The translations under genes were made by a program, and so were the position numbers. DNA of 64,000 bases from Chrysomallon squamiferum (lineage: Eukaryota > Animalia > Mollusca). Shown piece after piece: positions 41,650 to 55,384 of this stretch. The stretch covers positions 32,364,001 through 32,428,000 of the forward strand of contig CM022665.1 in NCBI GenBank assembly GCA_012295275.1, read 5' to 3'. Numbering within the stretch: position 1 is the stretch's first letter; each line of letters begins with the position of its first letter. A model generated the notes under the pieces. The model ran no database searches. It was given only the letters and a program-made list of their open reading frames with translations, and was not told the origin of the DNA.

Positions 41650-41868
41650 TTTAGAAGTAGTAGTAGTATTTGAAATATAAAGCTACTGTTATATACATTT
41701 ATAACCTATAAGGCTGTATTAAAATATTCAAGAATGATTAAAAATATTTTAAAAAACCGTATAGTGTATGTATACATTAATTTAAATACTATATATAACA
41801 CATAAAAAAGAGTTTGTTGAACAAAATTTAATTAACTTTTAGCATCTAATTTTAAATGCATTAGTAAA

Positions 41869-42711
41869 TTAACGTACTTCCATTCTATTCGAATCTGCGT
41901 GGCCATGTTCATCACTATGAACTTGTTTCTTTTCATTTGTTTTCATGTCTGTTTGTTTATCAAACAATTTACTTGCATAATGTCGGTAACGAAAAGCAAT
42001 AAGACAACCAATTAACAACATGAATATAAAATTAAATCCAATGTGCCATGTAAATATTGTTACGGCTTGTTCCACATGGTTGTTATTATGACCGTCCCAT
42101 GAAGACTTTCTGGAACTGACATGGTGCATAAAGCCTGTCTGCCACAACCATGTACCCAGAGTGAGAACAAGAAAGGCGCGTTATCATGGGTTGTGTCTAT
42201 AATTTATTTCCATCAGTAAAAATAGAACTATGGAAAACACCAAATACATAAGTAATGTATATAGAAGCTCATCGAGCGGGGACGAGTGATGAATTTTGCA
42301 TGCTGTGAAAATACCGTATATCGTGAAAGCCAACACGTTGCTCGCATAGTCCACATCTTGAGGAAGAGATGTTTTAGCATGAATTAGCAAGTCTGTGATT
42401 CCAGAAATTCCAAACACAAAAAATACAGTGACATTTTGAACATTTTCCAGATTAACAAAGCGTTTATCTTGAAACCCTGTTATTATCTCAACAAAGAATC
42501 CTATTGTCACAATAAACAGCTTTAAGTACGCCTCCAGTGGCCAGTATCGAATACGAGTGTTCCAAAAAGAACATGGAAATGTGACTGAAGTACTATATTC
42601 AGTCCCAGCTTCCTTGCATGTGTAGAATCTTTCAAATATCCGTGTAATGTGCCAGACTGCTATCAATATAAAACATGTACCGACAGAAGTATTTTCAGCG
42701 AGATCTCCCAT
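41869..42711 (-). pseudogene. TMEM45: TMEM45A/B (DUF716)-family intronless gene disrupted by tandem in-frame stop codons
   Basis: ORFs 42184-42711 and 41869-42147 are in one frame, joined by CCA TGA TAA CGC GCC TTT. Motifs align with TMEM45B from recall: GISGITDLL~AVSGIVDML, SPLDELLYTLL~PPLDQHIHSLL, GTWLWQTGF~GTWFWQIGF, FTWH~FCWH. The family call is strong; pseudogene versus sequence error is unresolved. Confidence 0.8.
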
Positions 42712-43344
42712 TTAGATTCAGCAACAATTTTAGAAAATACAAGTCTTTATATTCTGAAGAACAAAATGAAAACCTAAACCTGTACGTGAGTTTTCTTCGA
42801 TATTTTTGAGTGCGTCAAACTTTACTTTTTCGTATCTAGTTAATAAATCTATAAAATAAAAAAAATATAAATATAATTTTGTTGAATTTAATACATGAAA
42901 TGGTCTTAAAAAGAAAAAAATTAAATTAAAAAAAAAAAAAGAATAAAAAGAAAACAAAACAAACAAACAATAAAAAAAAAAGCCTTCATGTCAGCTAGTC
43001 ATAGTTAATTTGACTAACATTTGATTTGCACAAGTCAACAACAGATTAACTCCACTGAAAACCATATTCAGTTTCAAGAAATATTTGCTGTACATTTTAA
43101 ATTCTCTTTCTTTAATAAAACCTATTATAATCTTAATTTTTGTATACAGTTTAACCTTAATTAAATATATTACCTGACAGTCTTTAAATTATATGCACGA
43201 CACACAATACATTCAGTGTGGTCAGAGTCCATTTTCCATTGTTTTGTGCTTCATCTCGTGATATCTAACAGATAATGATGTCTCCACGATTTGTAGTCGA
43301 CCCGTAATTTGTTTGTCAGTCACTTTTTTTATTCTGATTAGATG

Positions 43345-43583
43345 TATACTGAGATTATTTTTAGTTCCAACCAGTATGGCTGTTCCATAATTTGTGTAAC
43401 ATAGGTCATGGTATGTACTATCCTGTTAATGAGAAGATACATATAAAAGATCAACTGCTGCTAATCGGAAAGGCAGAAGGGTATGCCCTCTTTCTGAATG
43501 ATCCTTAACTATATGTCTAAAGCCACATAACCGTAAATAAAATATTTTGACTGAGTTGTTAAATGAAACATTCCCTTCCTTCT
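43345..43583 (+). mobile_element. Degenerate, 5'-truncated SINE-like repeat (resembles a MetaSINE-type core from molluscs)
   Basis: GGTCATGGTATGTACTATCCTGT..CATATAAAAGATCAACTGCTGCTAATCG..CATAACCGTAAATAAAAT..GTTAAATGAAACATTCCCTTCCTTC resembles a gastropod SINE consensus recalled from memory, with a (CTTC)n-type tail. Not verified by search. Confidence 0.6.
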
Positions 43584-44583
43584 CTATCACATCATTTGCA
43601 CTAATATAAATACTTGGGATCGTTTCTTGGTATAGGCTCCAAATAATAAAAGTTGAATAAGATGTGTTTTTATTTATAATATCAGAGTTAATTTTGGCTA
43701 AGCTTTTAGAGAAACAATGAGAATTGCGCTCTATTTAATGTGAGGACCCAAGAATAAAATACTTGAATAACATAATTTTTATTTAATAATATGACTAAAT
43801 GCAAATTAGGTTATCATTCATAACAAATAAAAAACACATCTGAAATATGTCTACCAACAAAATTATATGTATAATATAAATACAATCATCTCCTTGCAGA
43901 AATTAACACACACACACACACACATTTATTTATATTAATTCCTTCATGATATCTAACCTGTAATCTTTGTTATTTTGGTTTTATAAACTGGACACACTCT
44001 CTCTCTAATGCACATACTCTAATTATTTCTAATACATTTTTTTTTTTTTTTTTAGGCTATTTCCCACAAAACCCATAATAGTGGCGATTCTATGTGTCAT
44101 AGCCAATTGTAAATATCAACTAATATTAACTAATTCAGTAATCAAAATTAATTATTAATGGGAAGAAAATGTGTTCACTTTAATATTTGTCATAAAACAA
44201 TTAATTTCATTATTTCTGTAACAAAAGTCAAACTTAACTTCAGTTGTTTATTTATCTAAGCTGTTACATACTGAACTTTGTATTCCTTTTTAGGTCACAT
44301 CTTTAGTTTGTGGCGGTATTTATTCTTCAGTATTATTTTTCATTAATAAATAAAGAAATTATATTGATATGTATAATTTTATCCAGCAGTCACTATAAAT
44401 ACTGATAAGATAAATTTCTATATTTTCGGGCACTGACCAAAAATATAGCCTTTTGGGAAGCAAGTATATTTACTTCGATAAATTACTTGTCACACACACA
44501 CACACACACACACACACATTGTAATAATTTGACTTTTAGGGTGTTTAATTGCTGGTTTATTTCTTAAAAGACGACGAGTTAAC

Positions 44584-44620
<37 letters not shown>

Positions 44621-44645
44621 AGTTAATTTCATCTATTTTTTCCCC

Positions 44646-44681
<36 letters not shown>

Positions 44682-45570
44682 TATTATTAATTAGGATTCT
44701 CTTAATATAATTATCAGTTTTATCCTGCTTAGATACATGCTGAATACAGTTAGGCAAACCCTCGCTGCATTCAGCATTCTAAACTTCACAAAGCTGATAT
44801 TCCATATTTAAAAGTAAAATCCCGTGTGAATTGAGAAAGGAAAGATATGTATTGCATAAAGCTTTTGTATTGCAGATATAAGGGAATACTTGAGCAGTAT
44901 ATATATTTAAAGGGACCTGAAATTTATAAATATGTCCATTCTGGAGAGAAAGTCCCACATATGTATTAGAAAAAGCAAACGTTTCTGAATAAATTCTAGT
45001 TGTTGAGGATTCTTCTTTTTTTTGTTGTTGTTGTTCTTTTTAATTCTTTTAAATTACTATTATTATTATTAATTTGTTGTTTTGTTTTAAACATAATATT
45101 CTAAATGATGCATCAGATGTAGTTTTTCTCTTCTTATATTTAACGAATTCAAGAATAAAAAGTATTTCATTATAATAGTCGAAGCAAACCATGCGACATA
45201 CACATATGCGTAAAATTGGTGCATTGTCTTCCAATAAATGAAATTAAACAATTTACAAAAATTTCTTTTATATCTGGAAAATAAATACAAACTGAAATTG
45301 CATGCATATAAGGGTTTATTAGACTTCATTTATTCTCAAAACATATTTTAATCGGTTTTGTACTATTCTGTTTCAATGACAAAATCACTTTGGAATACCT
45401 ACGCTTACTATACTTTATTTTGCAAGCACAAAGTTGAAAGCTTTATGACCAGTAGTTCGAAACTTCGAGCACAGTGAACTCGAAAATGAACGAACTAAAG
45501 GAACTTAAAGCCAAAATTATTATTAAATTAATTTATTGGCAAATAAATACATAAATAATACAAAAAAAAG

Positions 45571-45607
<37 letters not shown>

Positions 45608-46572
45608 AGTTTTTTGATTAAATGAATTAGACCTTACTGGCAGAGAACCAGCGATGTCCACTCAATTGTCCGTCTGAGCTATTCTCCGCCAGGGAATACT
45701 CGGCCTATAATGAGATGCGTGTACATGAACTATGTTCTATTGGTTGTACGCATTAGTATTTTATTTTATGTATATACTGTTATAAAAATGAATGGCAGAT
45801 CTTATTTTAAATTTCTTGATTTATAATTCATATATTATTTTTATATTCTATACGTTTGTTAACTTGCGGTTTGTTATTGTACATGCGCACAAGATCTGAT
45901 GGAATTTAAGAAGGAAGATGATGATTACACACAAAAAGTGATGACGTTTATAACATTTGATCGTTTGCAAATTCAGGAAATGAGTAAAAAAGAATTTAAG
46001 TGGGTGTTGTAATTATGATTTACGCCGTTCGATGACGGTTTGTATTTTGTTTGGTAATTTAATAAATTCACCCCGGACGTTTTTTTTTTTTTAAAGTTTG
46101 GCATATTCTGTATGCAAACAGAATGCTGCATACATAATTCCTGTCTGTTTTTGAATTTGAAAAAAAACAAGCCCCTGCCAATACCCCCCACCCCATTGTT
46201 AACAAATACAGGAGTCTTAATTTCTCCAGTATAATTGTTTAATAATAATAATAGTAATAATTTATTATTTTACTTATTATTATTCCGTATTTATTATTAT
46301 TAATTTTTGTTGTTGTTTGTTTTGAAAAAGAAATGAATGTAATAATAATAACTACAACTGCAACAATAAATAAATAAATAAAATAAATAAACATTTCTTT
46401 AAAAGTTTTTAATTGAAACAAAAAGTAGGAAGCATACATAATGTGTTTAAATAATTTGTACTGTATAATGACATTTTCAAATGTATATTATTTTTAAAAT
46501 ATCTGATTCATATGTATATTTGCATAAACCAAAATTCTGTTTATTATTATTATTATTTTCTTCTTTCAGAAA

Positions 46573-49298
46573 ATGGCTGTTACAAATATAAAAAGTACCA
46601 CCAGTAATGAATCTTTAGTGACTTCAGCACCTGACAGTTTCAAATATGAAACCAAATTCATAGTTTTGAGTTTTTTAAATGAACTTAACAAACGACAAAG
46701 AAGCAATGTTACAGTGACATCACATTCACAGTGTTCATCATCAACTGATTCTGATCAAAGAGCCAGAAAATACTTTAACTTATGGCAAGGGAAATATTCA
46801 CTATTACAATATAAAGAAAAAGTGAATCATTCTGAAGTACAGAAAAGGAACATACACAGTCATCCAACACAGAGTAGTCTAAGAAAATCAAATTCAAAAG
46901 GTGCATCAGAAAAAGCTAAACTGCTTAGAAAGTATTCACTTCCAGTTAATGGCTCTAGTTACTCAGGTCACAATTTAAAATTATCTGCATCCACACCTGG
47001 AATGTTGAATAGAAGTCAGAGTCTGAGTAGTGGGAGTAGTCATAGTATTGAAGAGAGCTACAGCTACAATAGTGATGCTGATGATGAAATGGAGGTTTTA
47101 TCTCAGGGATCTGGTGCTTTGGGGAGCAGTCTTAGTAAAAGTGGCTCTAAGGTTAGAGAACATTTTCAGTATCTATCTACTGTTCTTAGTGAATCAGAAA
47201 CAGAACCAGATCAGCAGGGAGGAAGTGGAGTTAAATATCAACCAGATGCCATTGACCAGATAAGCATCGAACACCCCAAGGTCACTACAAGTTATGTGAT
47301 TTGTGCTTCTCGGGATGATACTGATGGTATCATCAAGCTTGATGGAGAAAATAACACTGATTCAGATATTTCTGATTTAGAACTGGATTATAATGATGAT
47401 TTGAGTGCTAAAGGTGGTGGTGAGGTGTCTGTGTTTCCAAATGGAAAAAGTGGAGTGGTGGACAGGTCATGTTTACACTTGGATCTCATTGGTGATACTT
47501 CTGACCAGACACCAGAGAAGATGCAATCTATTGTTCATTCACTGCAAGAAGAAGTTCAAGAGCAGATGCTATACCTTGAATCAGAGTATGAAGATGGTAA
47601 TTGAGCATGTTGTCTTAATAATTTTTAACGATACTGACTGAAATGAAATATTAATTGTTGTTTTTATGTCTAATCATTTTGAAAATCTTATTATCTGTTT
47701 TTATCTTTGACCTCTTTTATCTGTTAGATATTTAATACAAATCATTCAGTAGCCTAAGCTTTAATCATTATTTGTTATAATTACGTTGCTTTTGTTTTAT
47801 ATTTTTCAGCTGTAAAAAATCAGATTATACCAAAAACTGAGTCACCATTTGAAACTCCCCTGACTCCACAGTCTGAGTGTGCCAGACTTCTAGCTGTGAT
47901 TGGAGATGATATAGACCTACATCATCGTGCTCAGATTGAGTCAGCAGTGGGACAGCTCTTTGGTACAACATCAGGCTTTTTCTCGTATGAAACATTCCGA
48001 AGTGTTGCATCTGAAGTTCTTGATGAAAATATGCCTGGCTGGAGACAGGTAGGAACAAGAGAAATCAGGGAATTCAAAGTTTATGAGTTAGTTTTAGTCT
48101 AGATTATGTATATGTATAGCTGGGTTTTATCTTTTCTTTCTTTCTTTATTTATTTATATGTTACTGAAAGTGAAAAAAGTGATACTGACCAATTATGATT
48201 TTTGAAAGATATTTATTCTCAAGCAACATGGAATATAATGACAGTTCTCTCTCTATATTTTTAGTTAAACATACAATTATGTTGTAAATCCATGATATGT
48301 AAATCATTGTTATTATTATTATTATTTATAGGTAGCTGTTCTATTAATGTACAGTCAGGGTGTGGCTATTCGACTAGTTGATAGAGGTAGTCACAACTTT
48401 GGTCAGCTTGTTGACTACAGTGTTCAGCTGTTGACTGACTTGGCCGCAGGTTTTATCATCCAACAAGGAGGCTGGGTGAGCTTTGTATTTTAATAAATTT
48501 CTTTTTTTCAAAAATTCTACAATATTTTAGTTAATAATGAAATACTCCACATAAAGCTAACTTAATTATTATAAGTTAAAATGTATAACTTCTAAAAGAA
48601 ATAAACATACCTCAAAAATCCTAAATATGTAACTTGTAAGGTGTATCTTTGATAGAATTGCGTTATCTGAAATGTATGTTGATTTATCATTAAGTCAAAT
48701 GTCCTGTTTTTACAAACAGGGTGCAGTTATGAATTCAGACCCCAGTCTGACCAGCACAACAACTCACAATTCCTCAGAAAGTGAATGTTCCATGAACCCA
48801 TTTCTTTTGGCAATGCTAGAACAGCAACAGCGGCAGACTGAGGATAGCATCCAAAGGCAGCATGAGACAGGCTGTTACATTCATAGAGAGGCAGCAGATC
48901 ACATTTCTCAATCTGAACATAGCAGACCAACTGATGACATGACTTATGATGTTCACCCATCTACATCTTATGCAGCTGATTCTTTACATTCTGCTCCATA
49001 TAGGAAACCTGCACATGAAACCACTTCTGTAAAATCCCCTGACAGATTCAGACCATCATCACAGAGGAGACAGCTTGAAGCATTAAACAACAGTGTGAAT
49101 CAGCCAAGGGAGAGAACTGCAGATCCCAATAACAGTTTTTTCAGCTCACTTGCAAATAACAGCAGCTGGATTCTAAACCGGTTGTTAACTGCTGGTCAGA
49201 GGTTCAGTTCTACTACTCAGATTTCTGCCACATTCCTCATCCTGGCAGCAGGAGTCAGTTTTACTGTTGCCTACTTCAAGAGTCGTTCTGCTCAGTAG
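46573..49298 (+). CDS. BCL2L13: BCL2-like 13 (Bcl-rambo)-like, tail-anchored Bcl-2 family protein (4 coding exons, ~661 aa)
   Basis: Exons 46573-47596, 47810-48048, 48332-48475, 48720-49298 (GT-AG, intron phases 1/0/0). N-terminal FKYETKFIVLSFL matches human BCL2L13 FHYETKYVVLSYL. BH3 is LAVIGDDID, BH1-like is PGWRQVAVLL, and BH2 FIIQQGGWG matches human YIIQQGGWG with an intron right after GGW. C-terminal TM ISATFLILAAGVSFTVAYF is followed by basic KSR. Confidence 0.88.
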
Positions 49299-52191
49299 AT
49301 AATGGCCATTCCAGTATTAACTGTTTGAGAATGAAAAAATAAAATTGTAAAACCTTTAGTGATATACATTACTTAAATGCTGCTAAATTTTTGATGCCAT
49401 TATAATACCTTACATGAAAAAAATGTATATGGTTGTGTGTGTATGCTGACATGTATATCTTTATGTTTGTGTGTCTATTTCTGTCTGTGAAGGTGTATGT
49501 GCATATGTATTTACACAAATGTATTTACACAAACATATACATAAAAGCATACAAAAGTTATAGACTCAGTTAAACCTTTTTATACACAATGTTGCCATGA
49601 CATTGATTCTGGTACATGCAGATTTTTTTTTTTCTTTTTTTATATATACAAATTTTATTGTGATATTCATGTATTTTATTAATTTTATCTTGTTTCTTTG
49701 AACTTCTACTTAAATAGAAATGTTCAGTTATATGTCTAGATCTCAGTTATGGCTATGTTAAGATTTATAATTGGTTTATATATGGAATATACATTTTTTA
49801 TATTAGAGTATTTATAATGTAATGTCCTTTTCAGTGAGATACAAATTAATCTTCAGTTGTATAAGCAGTGTATTTACTTAACCTGGAACATTCATGTACA
49901 GCAATAAGACATTTAATTTCGATGCCAATAGCTTTTTTGCTTTAAATTTTTATTTTAAATATTTACAAGATTCATATAAATTCATCATAAGAACATTTTG
50001 TAAATTTAAAAAAAAAAATGAAACCCCAAAAAACTATATTTGACTGGCAGTCAAATCCATTTTTACCAATATATTGTTTTAATTCTTTTGATTATTTGTA
50101 TTTTTCATAGATTATGAAGCATATCAAAAATAATGATTTATATACTTAAAATATCAAAGATACAGTATCTACACAAAATTATATATATATTTCATTGTTT
50201 AATTTTAGTTTAATATTTTGCATAATTACTTGGGGTACAATTGATAGTTACAAATTGAATTATTACATATCAGTTTTAATACCAGAACCCGCCTGACTAG
50301 AAATAATGTAAAGATTTGTTTGCAGGGAAATATGGTGCAGGGTATACAAATCAAACAAATGAATATATAATGTTACAACTAATAAGAATAAAATTTCATA
50401 ATAATTTCAGATTTTGAAGAAAATTGTAGACATGACATATATGGTATTTTATAATGATTTTTTTTTTTTTTTTTTTTTTTTATCATTTTAAAAAAAATGT
50501 TTTTAACATTTGTTTCATTATTTTTTCTGCCTTTTTATTCTTTTATTTTTTTTTTTTTTTTTTAATTTTTATATTTTAGAAAAGCTAAATGAAAGCAAGC
50601 TAAAATTTATTTATAATTCTTTTGATAATTCATGGTTTTCATTATTAAATAACATTTTCATTCTATTTATTATTATTATTTTTCTTTTCACCTTTGCATG
50701 GATATAAGCAAAACAACATAATGCATATTAGTCCTAACACATCCCAGCTTTTAAGCTCTCACAGGTTTTTTCATAGTGTGTGTTTGTCTTTGTCTTTAAT
50801 ACACCAAAACGCTGTGTTCGCTATGTAGTTTTCCTCTGTTACAAAACAGTGTAATTTATAATAAAAAACTTGATATTAGTCATAGACACTATTATTTGCC
50901 AAAAGCAAATTTACATCTTTTCTTTTATGTATTCTGTTCATTAAATGATACTCAGTAAAATTCAGTGTATATAAATACATAGCTGTGATCATTTGTTGTT
51001 ATATAAAATTCCATAATATTATTTATTTATTTTATTTATTATTATTATTATTATTATTATAATTTTGTTGAGAAAAACAAAATATTTTATGCTTAATTTT
51101 CCATAGTGGAAAATGTGTGTTTTTCATTTAATGTTTATGCAAAAAATAAAAAGTTAAAAACTTATATATTTGTTTGGTCATTATTTAATATTAAAATTAT
51201 GATTTACATTTCGTTTATTATCTGAAGTTAAGGAAGTAACAAGAAAAATAAACAAGCTTTATAAAGAACAAGCTTTCAACGTCCATTACTGAATCATCAA
51301 ATTAGTCAAAAACTGCAAAAATTAAGAGTTCATTAGAATTTAAAGCGCTAAGTTTTAATAATAATAATAATATATTTTCGTGTTTATTTTGATGAATGCT
51401 GTTAATGAAGATGTGTCGAAAAATGTTTTGTTCCTTTTATCATTCATTCTCTGCATTATCATTAAAAGCAGGACAATATTTTAACTCCAGCAGTGAATGA
51501 CGAAGACTTAGCATCAAGGTGCAAATCATCTACTTTTTTTTAATTAAAAAAACAAGTAAAACTCACTCAACAAAACCAACAACAACAATCATAATAAATA
51601 AATAAATAAGTATAAATAAAAATCATAATACTGGGTGAAAAAGAAAAGAGAAAGAAAAAAAGGTAATGTGAGATCACATACCTCAGGTATATTTCTTGTT
51701 TATTTTAAAGTTTGAAAACAAATATAGCTACTTTATTCACACATTTTGTTCGTTTGATGGATTGTATTATTAACTTAAGCCGAGGTGTATGCTTACTTGG
51801 GACTCTAGTGGATAATCCATTACGTATTATGTATAACCACATCGTATGGTAAGTGTAACTAGTGATATGGAAACTTCACTCAATCCTACCAGTCAGGATC
51901 ATTTGTGGAATTCTAATATATTTCATCTGAATTTTTATCCGGTTTACACCCCGCTAGCTTCTTATACGATCTATATATGAGCGTCTATTTGTTGTTGTTT
52001 TTTTCTGACGTTATTATATATGTGTGTTAAACAGATAAAACAAACGAATAAATAATATATATCATTAACTTTTGTGGCTTGAATATAAAAATGTGTCCTT
52101 CTGGCTATATTGTACTTTAAATAAATAAATAAATAATATACATAAGATAATGTATAATTTATAATAATAATAATGACTATTGTTGCTGCGG

Positions 52192-52229
<38 letters not shown>

Positions 52230-53030
52230 ATTATTATTATTATTGGATGTTTTTTTGTTTTTGTTTTTCTGTTGCTGTTGACTTTTATTTATTTACCAAC
52301 GATTATTATAATATGCAATTTTTATAAGCAAACTGTCGCAGTTTTATGGATTACTCCTACCAAAATTTAAAATCTATATAATCGTGTTTTTCAATTTAAT
52401 GCACATGAATAAATAAAGTGCAATGTAGACAGCTTTCATATTATAATATATAACACGGATGACAAATTAAAAATTATTTTAATGTTTGTTTCAGTCGTAT
52501 CTATCTATATCAGTTTTCTTTTCCGCAGTTATTCATTGAAAGTTTCTACTTAAAACCGAAAGACAAAAAGGTAAACTGATATTTCCTGAAAGACTTACAA
52601 GTGTTCGTGAGAACGTTACTTCAGTAGACATGTTTTAACTACACGCCTTTGTTTCATACAAAACCTGTGTTTAATAACATCTGAATATCTTTGTAGATAT
52701 CGAATACTATTATATATTAAAACTAATGATAAAGTCATGCAAAATTAAGAGATTTTCTTTAATAAATAACATAACATAACATAATATAAATACCATAAAT
52801 AAACATAAAATATTAATAATAATATAAACAGTTATTGATACTGTAATATATCAATTTTATTTATTCATTATTTATTTTAATGTTTTGTATTATTAAATTG
52901 TATTAGACCTATCCTGTTCACATATTCCTATAATCAACATCGAAATAGAAGAAGCGTTTAATTAGAATTCAAATTAAAGTTTATATGAAACAAATGAAAC
53001 AAATACAGGTACTAATTTTGAATAATTTAT

Positions 53031-53230
53031 TGCAATGTAGAGAGAGTAGAACATAAAAGACTCTTAATGTGCTGGGAAAAGCGTTAATATTTTAAAAAGG
53101 ATAAATAAATAAATAAATAAACGTAAAATATTAATAATAAAATAAACAATTATTGATACAGTAAAATGTTTTGCAATGTAGAGAGAGTAAAACATAAAAG
53201 ACTCTTGGTGTGCTGGGACAAGCTTTAATT
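53031..53230 (+). repeat. Local direct repeat of ~58 bp, offset 141 bp
   Basis: TGCAATGTAGAGAGAGTA(G/A)AACATAAAAGACTCTT..TGTGCTGGGA at 53031 and 53172. Confidence 0.9.
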
Positions 53231-55384
53231 TTTTTAAGAAGAATAAAGCGAAAGTAGAACCACGAGCTGTTTTGCACATCTCAGCTAATTTATAATATAT
53301 TTCGCCAGTGCTTAGAGTTCATTATTTTCACTTCTTTATTTACTGTCATTTATACACCTGCAATGCCTGATATAAATAAGGAGAACAAATATCTAAGTTG
53401 TTATTATGTTTATAATGCTTCTACATACGATTTTAATATCACTGAATTATTTAAAAATTATTTGCGCTTTTATAATTAAAAAGTAAAGGTAATGGTGCAT
53501 TAATAACGTCAAAAAGGCACAGCATAATCATTTAGTAATATTTATTGTTGCAACAGTAAATCTGTAGTAAAATGCCACGACCATGCAACTTTAGTTATAT
53601 ACATGCTGACTATTATTTAATCAATGTTTAACGGAAATAAATAAAAATGTGCCATTTTTATTTCGAGGTTATATAGTGTGCACTACTTTTAATAAAGGAT
53701 CACTTTGTCAGCTTTGGTTGATGAGTATTCAAAATAAATCTCTAGGACAGTAGCTTGCTAGAAACTCCAGTTCAAATAATATATTTAAAACCACGTTCTT
53801 AGCTTGGGAAATTTATTTTTTCTGTCAACACACGTTATAAATACAAGCTCGTCCATATGACGATAATGACCCGATGAGTACTTGCCAGTGCAGAATGTAA
53901 AAATTAAACAATATAATATTAAAACTGTGTTTTTCAGTAATTATTTAACCTTCTGTTAATCAGATTGCACATGCTGAAAAGAATGTATTGTAACGTACAC
54001 ATACTGAACAGCGCTTCATTGCACAAAGATCGAGCATGTTGCGTGAATAGCAGCGACAGACCTTTGACAGTAAGCTTATATGTCAAATGGTTCAATTCAA
54101 ATAATTCTCTCCACAATAGAGGATTATCTGTTGTGTCATACTGGTTCACGAACTATAATCCTCAAACCCGGTTTATTTCGAACATTTGGCAAGAAACTTG
54201 CAGTTCCGAGCGTCCCTAACACAGGAACCGTTAAGAGGTCCCATTAGACAGTATTATGTTATTCCGAATATAGGTCCTTTAGGCAGTCAGTAATTTATGA
54301 CTCTGAATGCCCTACAACTTTTATATTCTTTAATGTGCAACATAACTTTTTATTTTAAATTTATTCCTCTCTGATATACTTTCTGTTCCAATCCAGGATT
54401 CTCAAAGTAAAAAAACGAAAAAAGAAAAGAAGGCAGTGTCTGAAAAATTATGGGTAAACTTGTCAATCTTCAGTGACCATTTTGTTTTATAGAGGCTGTT
54501 GAAATTTGTTCACTTTAACGTAGATGTTTGAATGGAAGGTGTTTGCTTTTTCTGTGAAAGGTTTACGTTTCACCAAGCCTAAGTCAAATATTGAGGTCAA
54601 CGGAGTACGACGTCTTGAAAGAAACAACAGTTACCGACACGATGTAGTCGAGTGTACCTACTTACCTGTAAGTTACTGATGTAAAATACTTTTACCAAGA
54701 GAACTGTACTGTACTTAAAGTGATCCAAAAACATAGTAGGTGTAAACTTTCTTCTTTTTAATTATTTAGTTTCTGATTAACAGACATACATATAATCTGT
54801 GCTGGAACTATCCGCAGTTCTTAATAAGGCAAGTCTATTTACCAGATGAATTCCTGTTTATCTGGAAACAGTTGTTATTTATTTCATTGAATTTTATATA
54901 TATATATATATATGTTTCTTTCTTTGTTTTCAGTTTTGTTGATTTTAATTTGCTATACAATTACACGAGAACTTGAATGCTTTAGAACTTCATAAAATAC
55001 GTTTATTTTTTAGTGTAGTTCCGTTATGATGGTTTCAAAAATATTTTTGAAGTTTACAAGGTAAATTATTTATTTATGTTAATGATTGCATTGTTCTGTG
55101 TATATAACTCATTTAACTTACCAACGAGCCTATGTTTTCACCTAAAATCATTATTCATAGTAACGACATTGAGTTATAAAGAGAAATCATATCTATCTAT
55201 CTATCTATCTATCTATAATAAATAAAAATAAATAAATAAAAAGAAGAAGAAGAAGAAGAAAAGTGAGAGAGAGCGAGCAATCAGTCAAGGAATGAAAAAC
55301 GTGCATATACTTTAAATATTTTAAAGGCTGCAGCAGTTCCCTGCAATCGTGTCACTGTGATTAAAAGATATAATTTTCGCAAGC

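Noticed and set aside
45879-45890. NRF-1-like site TGTACATGCGCA upstream of the BCL2L13-like gene
   Set aside because: Two mismatches to the consensus and the TSS is not located, so it is too weak to call.
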